Virus record (IMG/VR): IMGVR_UViG_3300022752_004829
Span: 1 to 64,000 of that record
From: a virus
Length of the DNA stretch: 64,000 nt
Direction: 5' to 3' (one strand)
Shown: one piece after another, positions 17,077 to 26,589 of the stretch
Layout: every line of letters begins with the position of its first letter
Numbering within the stretch: the stretch's first letter is position 1
Notes under the pieces: model-generated
Database searches by the model: none
What the model was told of the DNA's origin: nothing
What the model saw: only the letters and a program-made list of their open reading frames with translations
Position numbers and translations under genes: made by a program

Positions 17077-17667
17077 ATGATAGGACTAACTGGAGTTGCT
17101 AGATCTGGAAAAGATACTTTTTATTCTATATTAAAAAGATATTTTAAAGAGAAGAATATTCAATCTCAAAGGATAGCTCTTGCTGATGAGCTAAAAAAAG
17201 AACTAGGAGATTTCGTAGAAAAAAAATTTAAAATTGATCTAAACAAATGTGATGGATCAGATAAAGAATTAATTCGACCTCTTATGGTTGCATATGGAAA
17301 ATGCAGAAGAGTGCAAACTGAAGGTAAATATTGGACATCACTTGTAGATTCTAAAATTAAAGAATTAAAGAAAGATAATATAATACCTATTATCACAGAT
17401 ATAAGATATATTGAATATAAAGATGATGAATATGCGTGGCTTAAAAATCATAATGGTATCTTAATACATATCTCAAGAAAGAGAGATGATGGAAGTCTTG
17501 TGCCTCCAGCTAACATAGAAGAGAAATCTAATGATAATAAATTAAAGGCTGTTGCTGATTATTCGGTTAGTTGGGAAACTTGTCAAGATGTCAATTTTCT
17601 TTATGAACTAAGTCAAAAACATCTAAAGAATATATATGAAAAATACTTACAGGATAAAATAAAATGA
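17077..17667 (+). CDS. deoxynucleoside monophosphate kinase
   Basis: IGLTGVARSGKDT P-loop, LADELK, IITDIRY. Confidence 0.85.
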   Translation: MIGLTGVARSGKDTFYSILKRYFKEKNIQSQRIALADELKKELGDFVEKKFKIDLNKCDGSDKELIRPLMVAYGKCRRVQTEGKYWTSLVDSKIKELKKDNIIPIITDIRYIEYKDDEYAWLKNHNGILIHISRKRDDGSLVPPANIEEKSNDNKLKAVADYSVSWETCQDVNFLYELSQKHLKNIYEKYLQDKIK

Positions 17668-18263
17668 AATATACAATAGAAAAAACAGATGAAGAATTAA
17701 TAAAGAGTATAAAAACTCTTAATGACGAACAATGTCTAAAAAAATTAATAGAACGTCATTCTCCTCTTTGTAATAATATTTATAATAAATATTCGCATGT
17801 TCTTAATGGTTCTGGAATATATATTGATGACGTTAAGAAAGAGAAAGATTATATTGTATATAAATCTGCCATATCATTCGATCCAGAGAAGAAGTCTAAA
17901 TTTTCTACTTGGCTATATAATCAAGTAAGATATCAATGTTTAAATTTAATTAATAATCAAAGCAGATATATAAATATGGAAGAAAAAGATTTAATATATC
18001 ATATAGATAAAAATTCAATACAGACTGAAATTAAAAAAGATGAAGTAAGAGAATATATATTTGATATATTAAATTCATTAAATGATCAAAGGATAAAAAA
18101 AGTCTATGAATTAAGATACTTCTCTGGTAAGAAAAATATGCCATGGAAAAGAATAGGTCAAAAATTAAAGATAAGCACTCAAACTGCTATTAATTTGCAT
18201 AATAAAGCTATTGGATTATTAAAAATAAAATTTAATAGTAAAAATTGTTTTGACAAAATATAA
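17664..18263 (+). CDS. sigma70-family RNA polymerase sigma factor
   Basis: Region 2 SFDPEKKSKFSTWLY; region 4 helix-turn-helix WKRIGQKLKISTQTAINLHNKAI. Confidence 0.85.
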   Translation: MKYTIEKTDEELIKSIKTLNDEQCLKKLIERHSPLCNNIYNKYSHVLNGSGIYIDDVKKEKDYIVYKSAISFDPEKKSKFSTWLYNQVRYQCLNLINNQSRYINMEEKDLIYHIDKNSIQTEIKKDEVREYIFDILNSLNDQRIKKVYELRYFSGKKNMPWKRIGQKLKISTQTAINLHNKAIGLLKIKFNSKNCFDKI

Positions 18264-18278
18264 TAAAGGATATACAAT
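18250..18278 (+). promoter_or_regulatory. sigma70-type promoter
   Basis: TTGACA-N17-TACAAT, then 6 nt to ATG at 18285. Confidence 0.8.
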
Positions 18279-18284
18279 ATAAAA

Positions 18285-18578
18285 ATGAATAATACAAATA
18301 CAAATAAAAATCAAAATGAGCTAGGTGCTCTTTGGAAAAAGAAAAGTAAAACTGGGATGTCGTTTCTATCTGGTTATATTAATGACCATGATGGTCAAAG
18401 AATTGATGTAGTAGTTTTTGCTAATAGCAATAAGAAGAATGAAAAAGCTCCTGATTATAGACTCTATGTTTCTAAGCCATTAGAAAATAAGACAACTCAA
18501 AAGGCTAGTCCTCAGAAACAAAATGTTGTAAAGAAGGCAGTTCAGCAAGTTCAAGAGGATGAAGATGACATTCTATGA
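18285..18578 (+). CDS. DUF736-like putative ssDNA-binding protein
   Basis: GALWKK...FLSG...NEKAPDYR and acidic tail EDEDDIL. Confidence 0.7.
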   Translation: MNNTNTNKNQNELGALWKKKSKTGMSFLSGYINDHDGQRIDVVVFANSNKKNEKAPDYRLYVSKPLENKTTQKASPQKQNVVKKAVQQVQEDEDDIL

Positions 18579-19663
18579 GTTTGAGTTTAAATTTACCAAT
18601 AAATAGCGTAAGTTTTGGTCAAACTAGTACCCTGTTACTTAGGGAATTAATTAATAAAAATAAAGATATATTAATATTTCCTATTGGAAATAATATAGAT
18701 CTTAGTTCTCAAACAAATTTAGATAAAAATTTTACAGATTATATACAAAAAAGTATATCAAATTCTTTATCTAATCATAAAAGATCGGATAATATATTTA
18801 AACTTTGGCATCTAAATGGTTCCTTAGAAAGCTTTTCTCAAAAGCAAATACTTTTTTCATTCTATGAATTAGACTCTCCGACTAAATTTGAAATTAATAT
18901 TGTAAAGAATCAAGAGAAGGTACTTTTTAGTTCAAATTACTCTGTAGACTTATTCAAGTCATACGGATGCAAAAATGTAGAATTTGTCCCATTACCTTTT
19001 GATAAATATAACTTCTCTCGTAAGGATAAAAAATATTTTAGCGATGATAGAATCGTATTTAATTTAGTTGGAAAACTTGAAAAAAGAAAACACCATAAAA
19101 AATTAATTCAGACTTGGTTAAAGAAATATGGCAATAATAGAAAATACTATTTACAATGTGCAATAAACAACCCATTTATTCCAGCAGAACAGCATCAACC
19201 ATTAATTGCTTCTATTTTAGAGGGTAAAAATTATTTTAATGTATCATTTATTGGTGGAATGCCATTAAATTCTTCTTATAATGATTACTTAAATAGTTCA
19301 GATATTGTAATAGGTATGAGTGGTGGAGAGGGTTGGGGATTACCAGAATTTCATTCTGTAGCTTTAGGAAAACATGCAGTTATATTAAATGCTCACGCTT
19401 ATAAAGATTGGGCTAATGAGAATAATTCTATTTTAATTGAGCCTAATGGTAAAATCGAAGCCTATGATAATATGTTCTTTCATAAAGGCGCGCCATTTAA
19501 TCAAGGTAGCATTTTTGATTTCAATGTAGATGATTTTATTAGTGGATGTGAAAAAGCAATTGAAAAAGTATCATCTAATAGACTCAATCAAGAAGGCTTA
19601 AAACTTCAAGATAAATTTAATTCTGAATCTTTTTCGAATAAAATATTATCTTATATTGAGTAA
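18575..19663 (+). CDS. glycosyltransferase (GT-B, GT4-like)
   Basis: VGKLEKRK; SGGEGWGLPEFHSVALGK. Confidence 0.85.
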   Translation: MSLSLNLPINSVSFGQTSTLLLRELINKNKDILIFPIGNNIDLSSQTNLDKNFTDYIQKSISNSLSNHKRSDNIFKLWHLNGSLESFSQKQILFSFYELDSPTKFEINIVKNQEKVLFSSNYSVDLFKSYGCKNVEFVPLPFDKYNFSRKDKKYFSDDRIVFNLVGKLEKRKHHKKLIQTWLKKYGNNRKYYLQCAINNPFIPAEQHQPLIASILEGKNYFNVSFIGGMPLNSSYNDYLNSSDIVIGMSGGEGWGLPEFHSVALGKHAVILNAHAYKDWANENNSILIEPNGKIEAYDNMFFHKGAPFNQGSIFDFNVDDFISGCEKAIEKVSSNRLNQEGLKLQDKFNSESFSNKILSYIE

Positions 19664-20010
19664 TGCCAATATATATCTATCAAAATCCAAAAACTGAAGA
19701 GATAATTGAATTAGTTCAATCTGTCCATGATAATCATGAATATATTGATTCGTCTGGTTTAAAATGGCATAGAATATTTACTGTACCACAAGTTGGAATA
19801 GATACTAAGTTAGATGCATTTAGTACTAGTAAAGATTTTATAGAGAAAACTAAAAATAAGAAAGATAATATTGGCCATTTATGGGATAGAAGTAAAGAAC
19901 TCTCAGAAAAGAGAAAATCCAAATTTGGAGAAGATAAATTAAAAACTAAATACTTAGAAAATTGGAGTAAAAAAAGAAAGGGTAGAAAACCACCTAATAC
20001 TCTATTATGA
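19663..20010 (+). CDS. FmdB-like ribbon protein lacking the Cys ligands
   Basis: MPIYIYQNPKTEEIIELVQSV...WHRIFTVP. Confidence 0.6.
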   Translation: MPIYIYQNPKTEEIIELVQSVHDNHEYIDSSGLKWHRIFTVPQVGIDTKLDAFSTSKDFIEKTKNKKDNIGHLWDRSKELSEKRKSKFGEDKLKTKYLENWSKKRKGRKPPNTLL

Positions 20011-20441
20011 ACTTGGATAAATATTTTTATTCAAATTATCTGTATTTAGAAAGATCTAATATTAGTGGTTATGGAGTTTTTGCTAAAAAAGATCTTGATG
20101 CGAATTCTATTATAGAATGCCCAAGATATATATTAATACCTAATTATTTTATTAAATATAAAATATATAAAATATTAAATTATATTCTTTCCCCTAGATA
20201 TCAGAGGAAATTTAGTAAAGAAAACGATATATTTTATTTTAGTACCTATATATTTAAATCAAAATTCTATATAAAAAATAAAATGAATTTAATTTATTTT
20301 ATACCCATAACTCAATTAGTATTTTGTAATAGTAGCAATAAACCTAATATTGAAGTTAGATATAATCCTAATTCTCAAAAAATATACTTTAAAACAATCG
20401 ATATTATAACAAAAGATACAGAAATTTTACTAAAATATTAA
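20007..20441 (+). CDS. SET-domain-like protein
   Basis: SNISGYGVFAKKDL...FCNSSNKPN...TEILLKY; the canonical NHS reads NSS. Confidence 0.7.
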   Translation: MNLDKYFYSNYLYLERSNISGYGVFAKKDLDANSIIECPRYILIPNYFIKYKIYKILNYILSPRYQRKFSKENDIFYFSTYIFKSKFYIKNKMNLIYFIPITQLVFCNSSNKPNIEVRYNPNSQKIYFKTIDIITKDTEILLKY

Positions 20442-20444
20442 TAA

Positions 20445-20960
20445 TTAAAACCATACCTCATTATGGATTAATCTGAGTATTTTAATCCAATCATCTAGAT
20501 GATAAGATATTTCTTCTTTCTCTGAATTTTCAAATCCATTTTTAGCAATATTATAGTAAATGCTTTCTGATGGATAAGATCTTCTTAATTTTCTTAAATT
20601 TTTATAAAAGAATCCAAGAAAAACAGTAATTGATTTTGCAGTATCCTCATTATGCTCTAATGTAAAGAAATATTTATTTTGCAATGGAGTTTCTATTAGA
20701 TCGTAGAATTTAGAACCAACTGCCTCTGATATATATTCTTTTTCTTCAAATGGGTATTTTAGATCTTTACTATATTTTATAATAGTTAGTTCTGCGAAAA
20801 CTGGAAAACTAATATCAATAATACCATCTATATTTTCTTCTGACACTTTATTTAAAATCTCTGGAAGACAATCTGGATCCTGCAGAAGTAGAAAAGTTTT
20901 CTCTGGTGATAAATTTAATTTTTTGGCAAAAAAATCTATGTCTCTTTCTGAAACCGTCAC
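20445..20960 (-). CDS. hypothetical protein
   Basis: 171-aa ORF with GTG start; CTGTAA 8 nt upstream. Confidence 0.6.
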   Translation of the reverse strand: MTVSERDIDFFAKKLNLSPEKTFLLLQDPDCLPEILNKVSEENIDGIIDISFPVFAELTIIKYSKDLKYPFEEKEYISEAVGSKFYDLIETPLQNKYFFTLEHNEDTAKSITVFLGFFYKNLRKLRRSYPSESIYYNIAKNGFENSEKEEISYHLDDWIKILRLIHNEVWF

Positions 20961-20974
20961 ATTAACTATTACAG

Positions 20975-21313
20975 TTAATTTTTATTTTTATTCATTAAAT
21001 AATTTTGTATAGTCTCAAAATTACGATCTAATTTAGCTTCTATCCTATCAAAATAAGCTTCAAAAGACTCTTTAGTAACATATGTAGTACTAACTTTTAA
21101 AGCTAAATCCGCTATCTCTTGTTGATGTTTACGGCTTTCTAGTTCTACTTCTTTTCTTAAAGCTATAAAATCACTAAATGTTTTATCATTTAGATCTTTG
21201 ATAAGCTTCTCTTGACGATCTGATATAGAGAATACTCTAGTAAAAAGCCATCCACCAAGAAATGATAAGGCTCCGATAACAAGGTTAAATACTGTTGTTA
21301 TATCTAAATTCAC
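20975..21313 (-). CDS. single-pass membrane coiled-coil protein (possibly holin-like)
   Basis: N-terminal transmembrane segment FNLVIGALSFLGGWLF, then a heptad-rich region; GTGTAA upstream. Confidence 0.55.
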   Translation of the reverse strand: MNLDITTVFNLVIGALSFLGGWLFTRVFSISDRQEKLIKDLNDKTFSDFIALRKEVELESRKHQQEIADLALKVSTTYVTKESFEAYFDRIEAKLDRNFETIQNYLMNKNKN

Positions 21314-21341
21314 ACATATATTTACACTTTAATATTAAATA

Positions 21342-22406
21342 TTATAGCTTAAAATCGCCAAAATCATCATCAGATATATCTGTTTTCCTTGCCCCAATTT
21401 TATATGTTGAAATTTCTGTTTCTTGTGGAGCAACTTGGACTTTGCTACTATCAAGATAGCTATCTAACCATCCAGCAATAGGATTATCTTTTTGATTAAA
21501 GATTTTCTTATATCCTAATGATCGCAAACGAGCGTCACAAAGCCACTTAGAATAACCAGCTAAAACTTCTGCGTTTAAACCTAACAAAGAACCCTTACTA
21601 AATAGATATTCAGCCCATTCAATTTCATTTTTAGCAGCTTGTTCATAAAAAGCATATATCTTATCTTCACTCTTTTTAACTATAGAAGTAAAACCTTCTT
21701 TATCTTCTTCTTTAAGAATCTTAATTAGATTTTGAGTTGTAGCAAAATGAAGAGCTTCATCTCTTTGAATAAATTTAATAATCTTAGCATTACCTTCCAT
21801 CTTACCTCGATATCCAAAATAAAAAGAACAAGCGAATGAGACATAAAATACAAGACCTTCCATAACATTAACAGAAAGAATACAATCAAAAATCTTTTGT
21901 TTTAAATCTTTTTTATCATCATCGCCAAGGATCTTATCAAAATTATTTCTAATTAATTCTGCACGAGATACTATTTCTTTATCTTCCATAATACTATCAA
22001 AAAATTTACTAGCATCTGGATGTACGTTATTAAGTAAGTACGAATAAGAATAACTATGAATACCTTCAAATCTTTGCCAAGTATTCATGCATATTTCAAG
22101 CTCTGGATTACTGACGTAATCTTTTAAAGAATGGATACTTCTAGACAGCATACTATCTCCAAGGGTTTGGAATTTTAGATTAGTATCAAATACGAATCTT
22201 TCTTGACCAGCTAAATCTTTATAATCACTACGATCTTTATTTAGTGCTATCTCATGAGGCCACCAAAAGAATTCTTCTTGTTTCTTAAATAGTTCAAAAA
22301 ATATAGGATATTTAAAACGATCATATCTTTGAAGATTAAGATCCTCTCCAAAAAATAATGGTTGTTTCGTATGATCTATATTTTTAAGATTTAAAACGCT
22401 TTTCAT
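21342..22406 (-). CDS. nrdB: class Ia ribonucleotide reductase, beta subunit
   Basis: FWWPHEI, EGIHSYSY, EGLVFYVSFACS, RDEALH, VQVAPQETEISTY. Confidence 0.96.
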   Translation of the reverse strand: MKSVLNLKNIDHTKQPLFFGEDLNLQRYDRFKYPIFFELFKKQEEFFWWPHEIALNKDRSDYKDLAGQERFVFDTNLKFQTLGDSMLSRSIHSLKDYVSNPELEICMNTWQRFEGIHSYSYSYLLNNVHPDASKFFDSIMEDKEIVSRAELIRNNFDKILGDDDKKDLKQKIFDCILSVNVMEGLVFYVSFACSFYFGYRGKMEGNAKIIKFIQRDEALHFATTQNLIKILKEEDKEGFTSIVKKSEDKIYAFYEQAAKNEIEWAEYLFSKGSLLGLNAEVLAGYSKWLCDARLRSLGYKKIFNQKDNPIAGWLDSYLDSSKVQVAPQETEISTYKIGARKTDISDDDFGDFKL

Positions 22407-22409
22407 AAG

Positions 22410-24671
22410 TTATAATTTACACGCTCCAGAAGAGCAATCTCGATCTTCTTTTTGATTCATTAGTTGTTCTTTATCTCCATCGTCTGTATTATTATAATAA
22501 AGACTAATTAACCCTAAAGAATAAGCATACATAATTTCCTTCATTACTTTTGCATCTGGAAGAACATTATTTTCATAATGAGAATAGTTATAGTATACAT
22601 TAGTTGATATTGCCATGTCAATATATTTTTGAATAACTGCATTTACTTTTAATAAGCCAGAGTTATCTTTGAAATTATAAGCTAATTCGTAATTATCATC
22701 ATATTTTCCAACTCCAGGAACTAATACTGGTAACTTACCCATTTTACTCATTTTATAAGTAATTAAACTACGAATTGGCTCTACTCCATTGGTTGAAGAT
22801 TGAATTACTGAACTACTTTCGCATGGCATACAAGATGATAAAGTTGAATGCCTTAAACCAAATTCCTTAATATCTTTCCTTAGCTTCTCCCAGTCAAGAG
22901 ATAGTTTCCTTTTACAAAATTCATCTACTTTATCTTTATAAGTATCAATAGGAAGAATTCCTTTAGAGTATTTTGTTCTATCAAATTTTTCACACTTGCC
23001 TTTTTCTTTAGCAAGTTCTAAACTTGATTTTAAAAGATAGTATTGAAAATGTTCCATCCATTCATCAAGAACTGGAAGAGCCTTATCGGATGTATATTTT
23101 AATTCATTTTTAGCAAGATAGGCTGCTAAATTAGTTATACCTACCCCAAGACTACGACGTTTTTTTGCAAAATTTTCAGCAGCAGTATTAAAATAATCTT
23201 GAATCTCAATAATTTCATCAAGAAATCTTACAATAAGATCGCAAGTCTTTTCAAGATCCTGCCAGTTTTTAATTTCTAGCATATTTACTGCGGAAAGAAT
23301 ACACATACCAATTTCACCATTTTTATCATGATAATCATTTAATGGTATTGTGGGATGAATAACTTCTGTGCAAAGATTACTCATTGTAACTTTATCTAAC
23401 CAAGCTCCATGATTATTAGCGTGATCTACATTTAGAATATAAATTCTACCAGTTTCAACTCTTTCTTTTATAATTAAAGAAAATAGTTTACGAGCAGATA
23501 CTTTTTTCTTTATCTTTAGCTTCTTCGTTTCGCATTCTTTATAGACTTTATCGAAATCTTTTGTTCCCCAAGCTTCATATAATTCTGGAACTTCTGAAGT
23601 ATTGAATAGAGTAATCTCTTCATCTTTTAAAACTCTATCATAGAATAGTTTACTCATGCCAACAGTATAATCTAATTTACGGACACGATTATCATCTGTT
23701 CCTGCGTTATTTTTTAATACTACAATATCTTCAATTTCGTAGTGCCACCATTGAATATTGCAAGTAGCACTTCCGCCACGAAGACCATTTTGTTGCCATG
23801 CCTTTACGCTACTCTCATAAATTTTAAGAAATGGAATCAATCCAGTATGAACTACTTCTCCATTTTTTATAGGAGATCCAATAGCTCTTATCTTTGATAC
23901 GTCTATACCTATTCCGCACCTACTAGCTGTAGCCATACTTACGGCAGTTGCACTTGCAGTAATACTTTCTCTACTATCATCAACTCCAATCAAACAGCAA
24001 CTAGCATAATTTTTACTGGGGGTTCTTACTCCAGCCATTACTGGTGTTGGGAGATTGATTTTATGTTTGCTAATAGCATCATAAAATTTACGAACATAAT
24101 TTAATCTTGTCTCTTGTGGATAGTTTATGAAAGCATAAGCTGCAATTAAAACGTAAGCGAATTGAGGAGTTTCATAAATTTTTCCTGTTACGCGATCTTT
24201 AATAAGATACTTATCGCATAATTGTTTTATTCCAGCGTATGTAAAATTATAATCTCTTTCATGATCAATAAATTCACCCATCTTATTCATTTCGTCTTCA
24301 GAGTATTTTTCTAAAATTATAGAATCATAAATTTTATTTTTTAAACCTTGATTTATAAATTCTAATAAACGAGGAGCATGCTTACCTTTCCAAACATCTT
24401 TTCTTAGCTGATAATTCAGTAATCTTCCTGCGACATATTGATAATTTGGTTTTTCTACAGAAATTAAATTCGCTGAAGACTCAATTAATAATTTATGTAT
24501 TTCTTTTGTACTAACACCATCTGTCATATTTATCTTCGCATTGATTTCAATATCAGTCAAACTTACGTTACTCAAATCTTTCGTTGCCCAACTAATAACT
24601 CTATGAATTTTTTCTATATTAAATTTTTCAGTTGATCCATTTCTTTTTCTTACGTTTATATTCTTACTCAT
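22410..24671 (-). CDS. nrdA: class Ia ribonucleotide reductase, alpha subunit with ATP cone
   Basis: VRKRNG ATP cone, YETPQ, PTPVMAG, SCCL, SNLCTE, NGVEP, C-terminal CSSGACKL. Confidence 0.97.
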   Translation of the reverse strand: MSKNINVRKRNGSTEKFNIEKIHRVISWATKDLSNVSLTDIEINAKINMTDGVSTKEIHKLLIESSANLISVEKPNYQYVAGRLLNYQLRKDVWKGKHAPRLLEFINQGLKNKIYDSIILEKYSEDEMNKMGEFIDHERDYNFTYAGIKQLCDKYLIKDRVTGKIYETPQFAYVLIAAYAFINYPQETRLNYVRKFYDAISKHKINLPTPVMAGVRTPSKNYASCCLIGVDDSRESITASATAVSMATASRCGIGIDVSKIRAIGSPIKNGEVVHTGLIPFLKIYESSVKAWQQNGLRGGSATCNIQWWHYEIEDIVVLKNNAGTDDNRVRKLDYTVGMSKLFYDRVLKDEEITLFNTSEVPELYEAWGTKDFDKVYKECETKKLKIKKKVSARKLFSLIIKERVETGRIYILNVDHANNHGAWLDKVTMSNLCTEVIHPTIPLNDYHDKNGEIGMCILSAVNMLEIKNWQDLEKTCDLIVRFLDEIIEIQDYFNTAAENFAKKRRSLGVGITNLAAYLAKNELKYTSDKALPVLDEWMEHFQYYLLKSSLELAKEKGKCEKFDRTKYSKGILPIDTYKDKVDEFCKRKLSLDWEKLRKDIKEFGLRHSTLSSCMPCESSSVIQSSTNGVEPIRSLITYKMSKMGKLPVLVPGVGKYDDNYELAYNFKDNSGLLKVNAVIQKYIDMAISTNVYYNYSHYENNVLPDAKVMKEIMYAYSLGLISLYYNNTDDGDKEQLMNQKEDRDCSSGACKL

Positions 24672-24788
24672 ATCTTTAGTGTGAATATAAGTTTACAGTA
24701 TTTTTTTAAAATATAAAAGAAAAAATATTGTGTTATTAACAAATAAATAAATCTTAATACATATAGGTGTACGTAATATTTATTATTA

Positions 24789-25067
24789 TCTTCCCAATGA
24801 GCTCCTGCAAAGCGAAGCTTTCCCTGTAATCAGGGTATTTAGAGCTGATTAATTCTTCTTCCCAATTGAGTCCATAAGCCTTTCGGCTTGCCTAGCACTT
24901 ATCGGATGTCGGTAGGATCATCCATCGCGCGCTAGCCCTTCCACCTACACTCCCTTAATTTCTTAAGGTTCCTCGGGTCGCAAGCTTCGTTAGCGTTGCC
25001 CGACGTTTGAATTAATCTAACTCGCTATTTATGTAAATAGCAAAACTTGTGCTTATTTGGCACTATG
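24789..25067 (-). ncRNA. unassigned structured RNA (~280 nt) upstream of nrdA
   Basis: GC-rich island with no annotated ORF; many stems, GAAA tetraloops, G-U pairs that work on the minus strand, a long-range closing helix and its own promoter. Confidence 0.75.
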
Positions 25068-25073
25068 TATAGT

Positions 25074-25123
25074 ATCATACTAACTTATTTTTTATTTGTC
25101 AATTTTATTTTTTGTGGTATAAT
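25074..25123. promoter_or_regulatory. divergent promoters for the ncRNA/nrdA and for the glycan cluster
   Basis: Minus TTGACA(25097-25102)-N17-TATGAT(25074-79); plus extended -10 TGgTATAAT (hexamer 25118-23), 6 nt before ATG 25130. Confidence 0.75.
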
Positions 25124-25129
25124 ATTTAA

Positions 25130-25891
25130 ATGTTTAGTATCTATAGTTCGGCCTTTAATCTCATTAATAATAATTTTGATTATACTGAATCTATTAATAA
25201 TTTTTGTAGTTTTGCTGATGAAGTAGTAATAGCAGTAAATAAATCAGAGGATAATACATTTGAATCGTTAAAATCATTAAATTTTCATAATTTAAAATTA
25301 ATTAAAACAAACTTCTCTTATCAAGATCCGTTATTAGATGGTAAAATTAAAAATGAAGCATTACAGAATACGAAAGAAGAATTTAAGATTGGTCTTGATA
25401 TGGATGAATATATTCCATTATGGCAAAAAGATATCTGGACAAATTTAGCCTATCAGTTAAGATTTGATATCTATGATTGCTATATGATACCTTCATTGAA
25501 TCTCTATAAAGATAGAGACAATTATTTTTCAATAGGACATAAATGGTATTTGCACAAAGGTAATCTTTTTAGAGGAGCAGTTAATTTTGCCAAAAATAAA
25601 GACGGAACAGTTGATACCTCAAGGAGTGATACCTGTGAATTGATAGATCTAAATGGAAATTTAGTACAATCTAAAATATTTGACAAAGATATTAATACGC
25701 TAAGATCTAAAATAGCTCCATTCGTAGTTCATAAAGGATATTTAGATTTACAGAATAGAATATTAAGAAACAAAAATTTTTGGAAACAACATTGGAAAAT
25801 TGAGTCTGGAGGTTTTGAGCCAAAGCATAAAGTCCATGAATCACTGGAAGATTTTAATGAGAACTATTATAATCATTTACTAGATATATGA
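25130..25891 (+). CDS. glycosyltransferase (GT-A, GT2-like)
   Basis: FADEVVIAV..SEDNT; LDMDE (DxD motif). Confidence 0.75.
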   Translation: MFSIYSSAFNLINNNFDYTESINNFCSFADEVVIAVNKSEDNTFESLKSLNFHNLKLIKTNFSYQDPLLDGKIKNEALQNTKEEFKIGLDMDEYIPLWQKDIWTNLAYQLRFDIYDCYMIPSLNLYKDRDNYFSIGHKWYLHKGNLFRGAVNFAKNKDGTVDTSRSDTCELIDLNGNLVQSKIFDKDINTLRSKIAPFVVHKGYLDLQNRILRNKNFWKQHWKIESGGFEPKHKVHESLEDFNENYYNHLLDI

Positions 25892-26589
25892 AGAAGTTGC
25901 CTTTATTTAACGACTCAGAAATAGAAGTAGATGATATAATTTACGATCAGATGATCGATCAATGGTATAAGATGGAAGAGTGTATCGAAGAAGCAAAATC
26001 ATCTTATAATTTTTATGATGGCGGTAACTTTTTTGATATAGGTGCTTTTAATGGCATATATAGCTATATATTAGCCCCAAAAGCTAAAAATGATTTCTTT
26101 ATCTCCTTTGAGCCAGATACAAGATTTCTGGATTTAATTAAATATGCTCTAGAAAATCTATCTAGGAAATATAGTAATATTTATCATCAACTTATTGCTA
26201 CCCCAGTTGGAAACGGAGAGAATATAAGTTATAATCTACCTAATCTTGGACCAAATGGTGAAGTTGGTAATCCGTGTTTTTTTGGAGATTCAAATTCAAA
26301 AAATGGCATAAAAACCATAACAATTGATCAATACGTTAATGATACGAATATTATACCTAATATTATTAAAATTGATGTAGAGGGTGCAGAGCTTAATGTT
26401 CTTAATGGCTGTAAAGAGGTACTAACAAAATATAAACCTAAGATAATCCTTGAAATTCATAACGATTATTTAAGAAAAAATTTTAATACCGAGCCAGTAG
26501 AAGTAATAAATTTCATAGAAAAATTTAATTATAAAGAGAATTTAAATGCAAAAAATCAAAAAGTACAAAAAATATTATATTTTGAATAA
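25888..26589 (+). CDS. FkbM-family methyltransferase
   Basis: FDIGAFNGIYS, FEP, IKIDVEGAELNVLNG. Confidence 0.9.
   Translation: MKKLPLFNDSEIEVDDIIYDQMIDQWYKMEECIEEAKSSYNFYDGGNFFDIGAFNGIYSYILAPKAKNDFFISFEPDTRFLDLIKYALENLSRKYSNIYHQLIATPVGNGENISYNLPNLGPNGEVGNPCFFGDSNSKNGIKTITIDQYVNDTNIIPNIIKIDVEGAELNVLNGCKEVLTKYKPKIILEIHNDYLRKNFNTEPVEVINFIEKFNYKENLNAKNQKVQKILYFE

Noticed and set aside
7880-21370. Similar C-termini DLGDFKK (7880 gene) and DFGDFKL (NrdB)
   Set aside because: Only two short matches, and one protein appears to be exported, so coincidence is likely.
24789-25067. RNase P RNA, cobalamin riboswitch or intron remnant
   Set aside because: Only fragments match (GAGGAA, GGCUUAU, GGGAAG). 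There is no GAAAGUCC P4 pairing, no B12 box and no group II domain V, and the element does not interrupt a gene. It is kept as an unassigned RNA.
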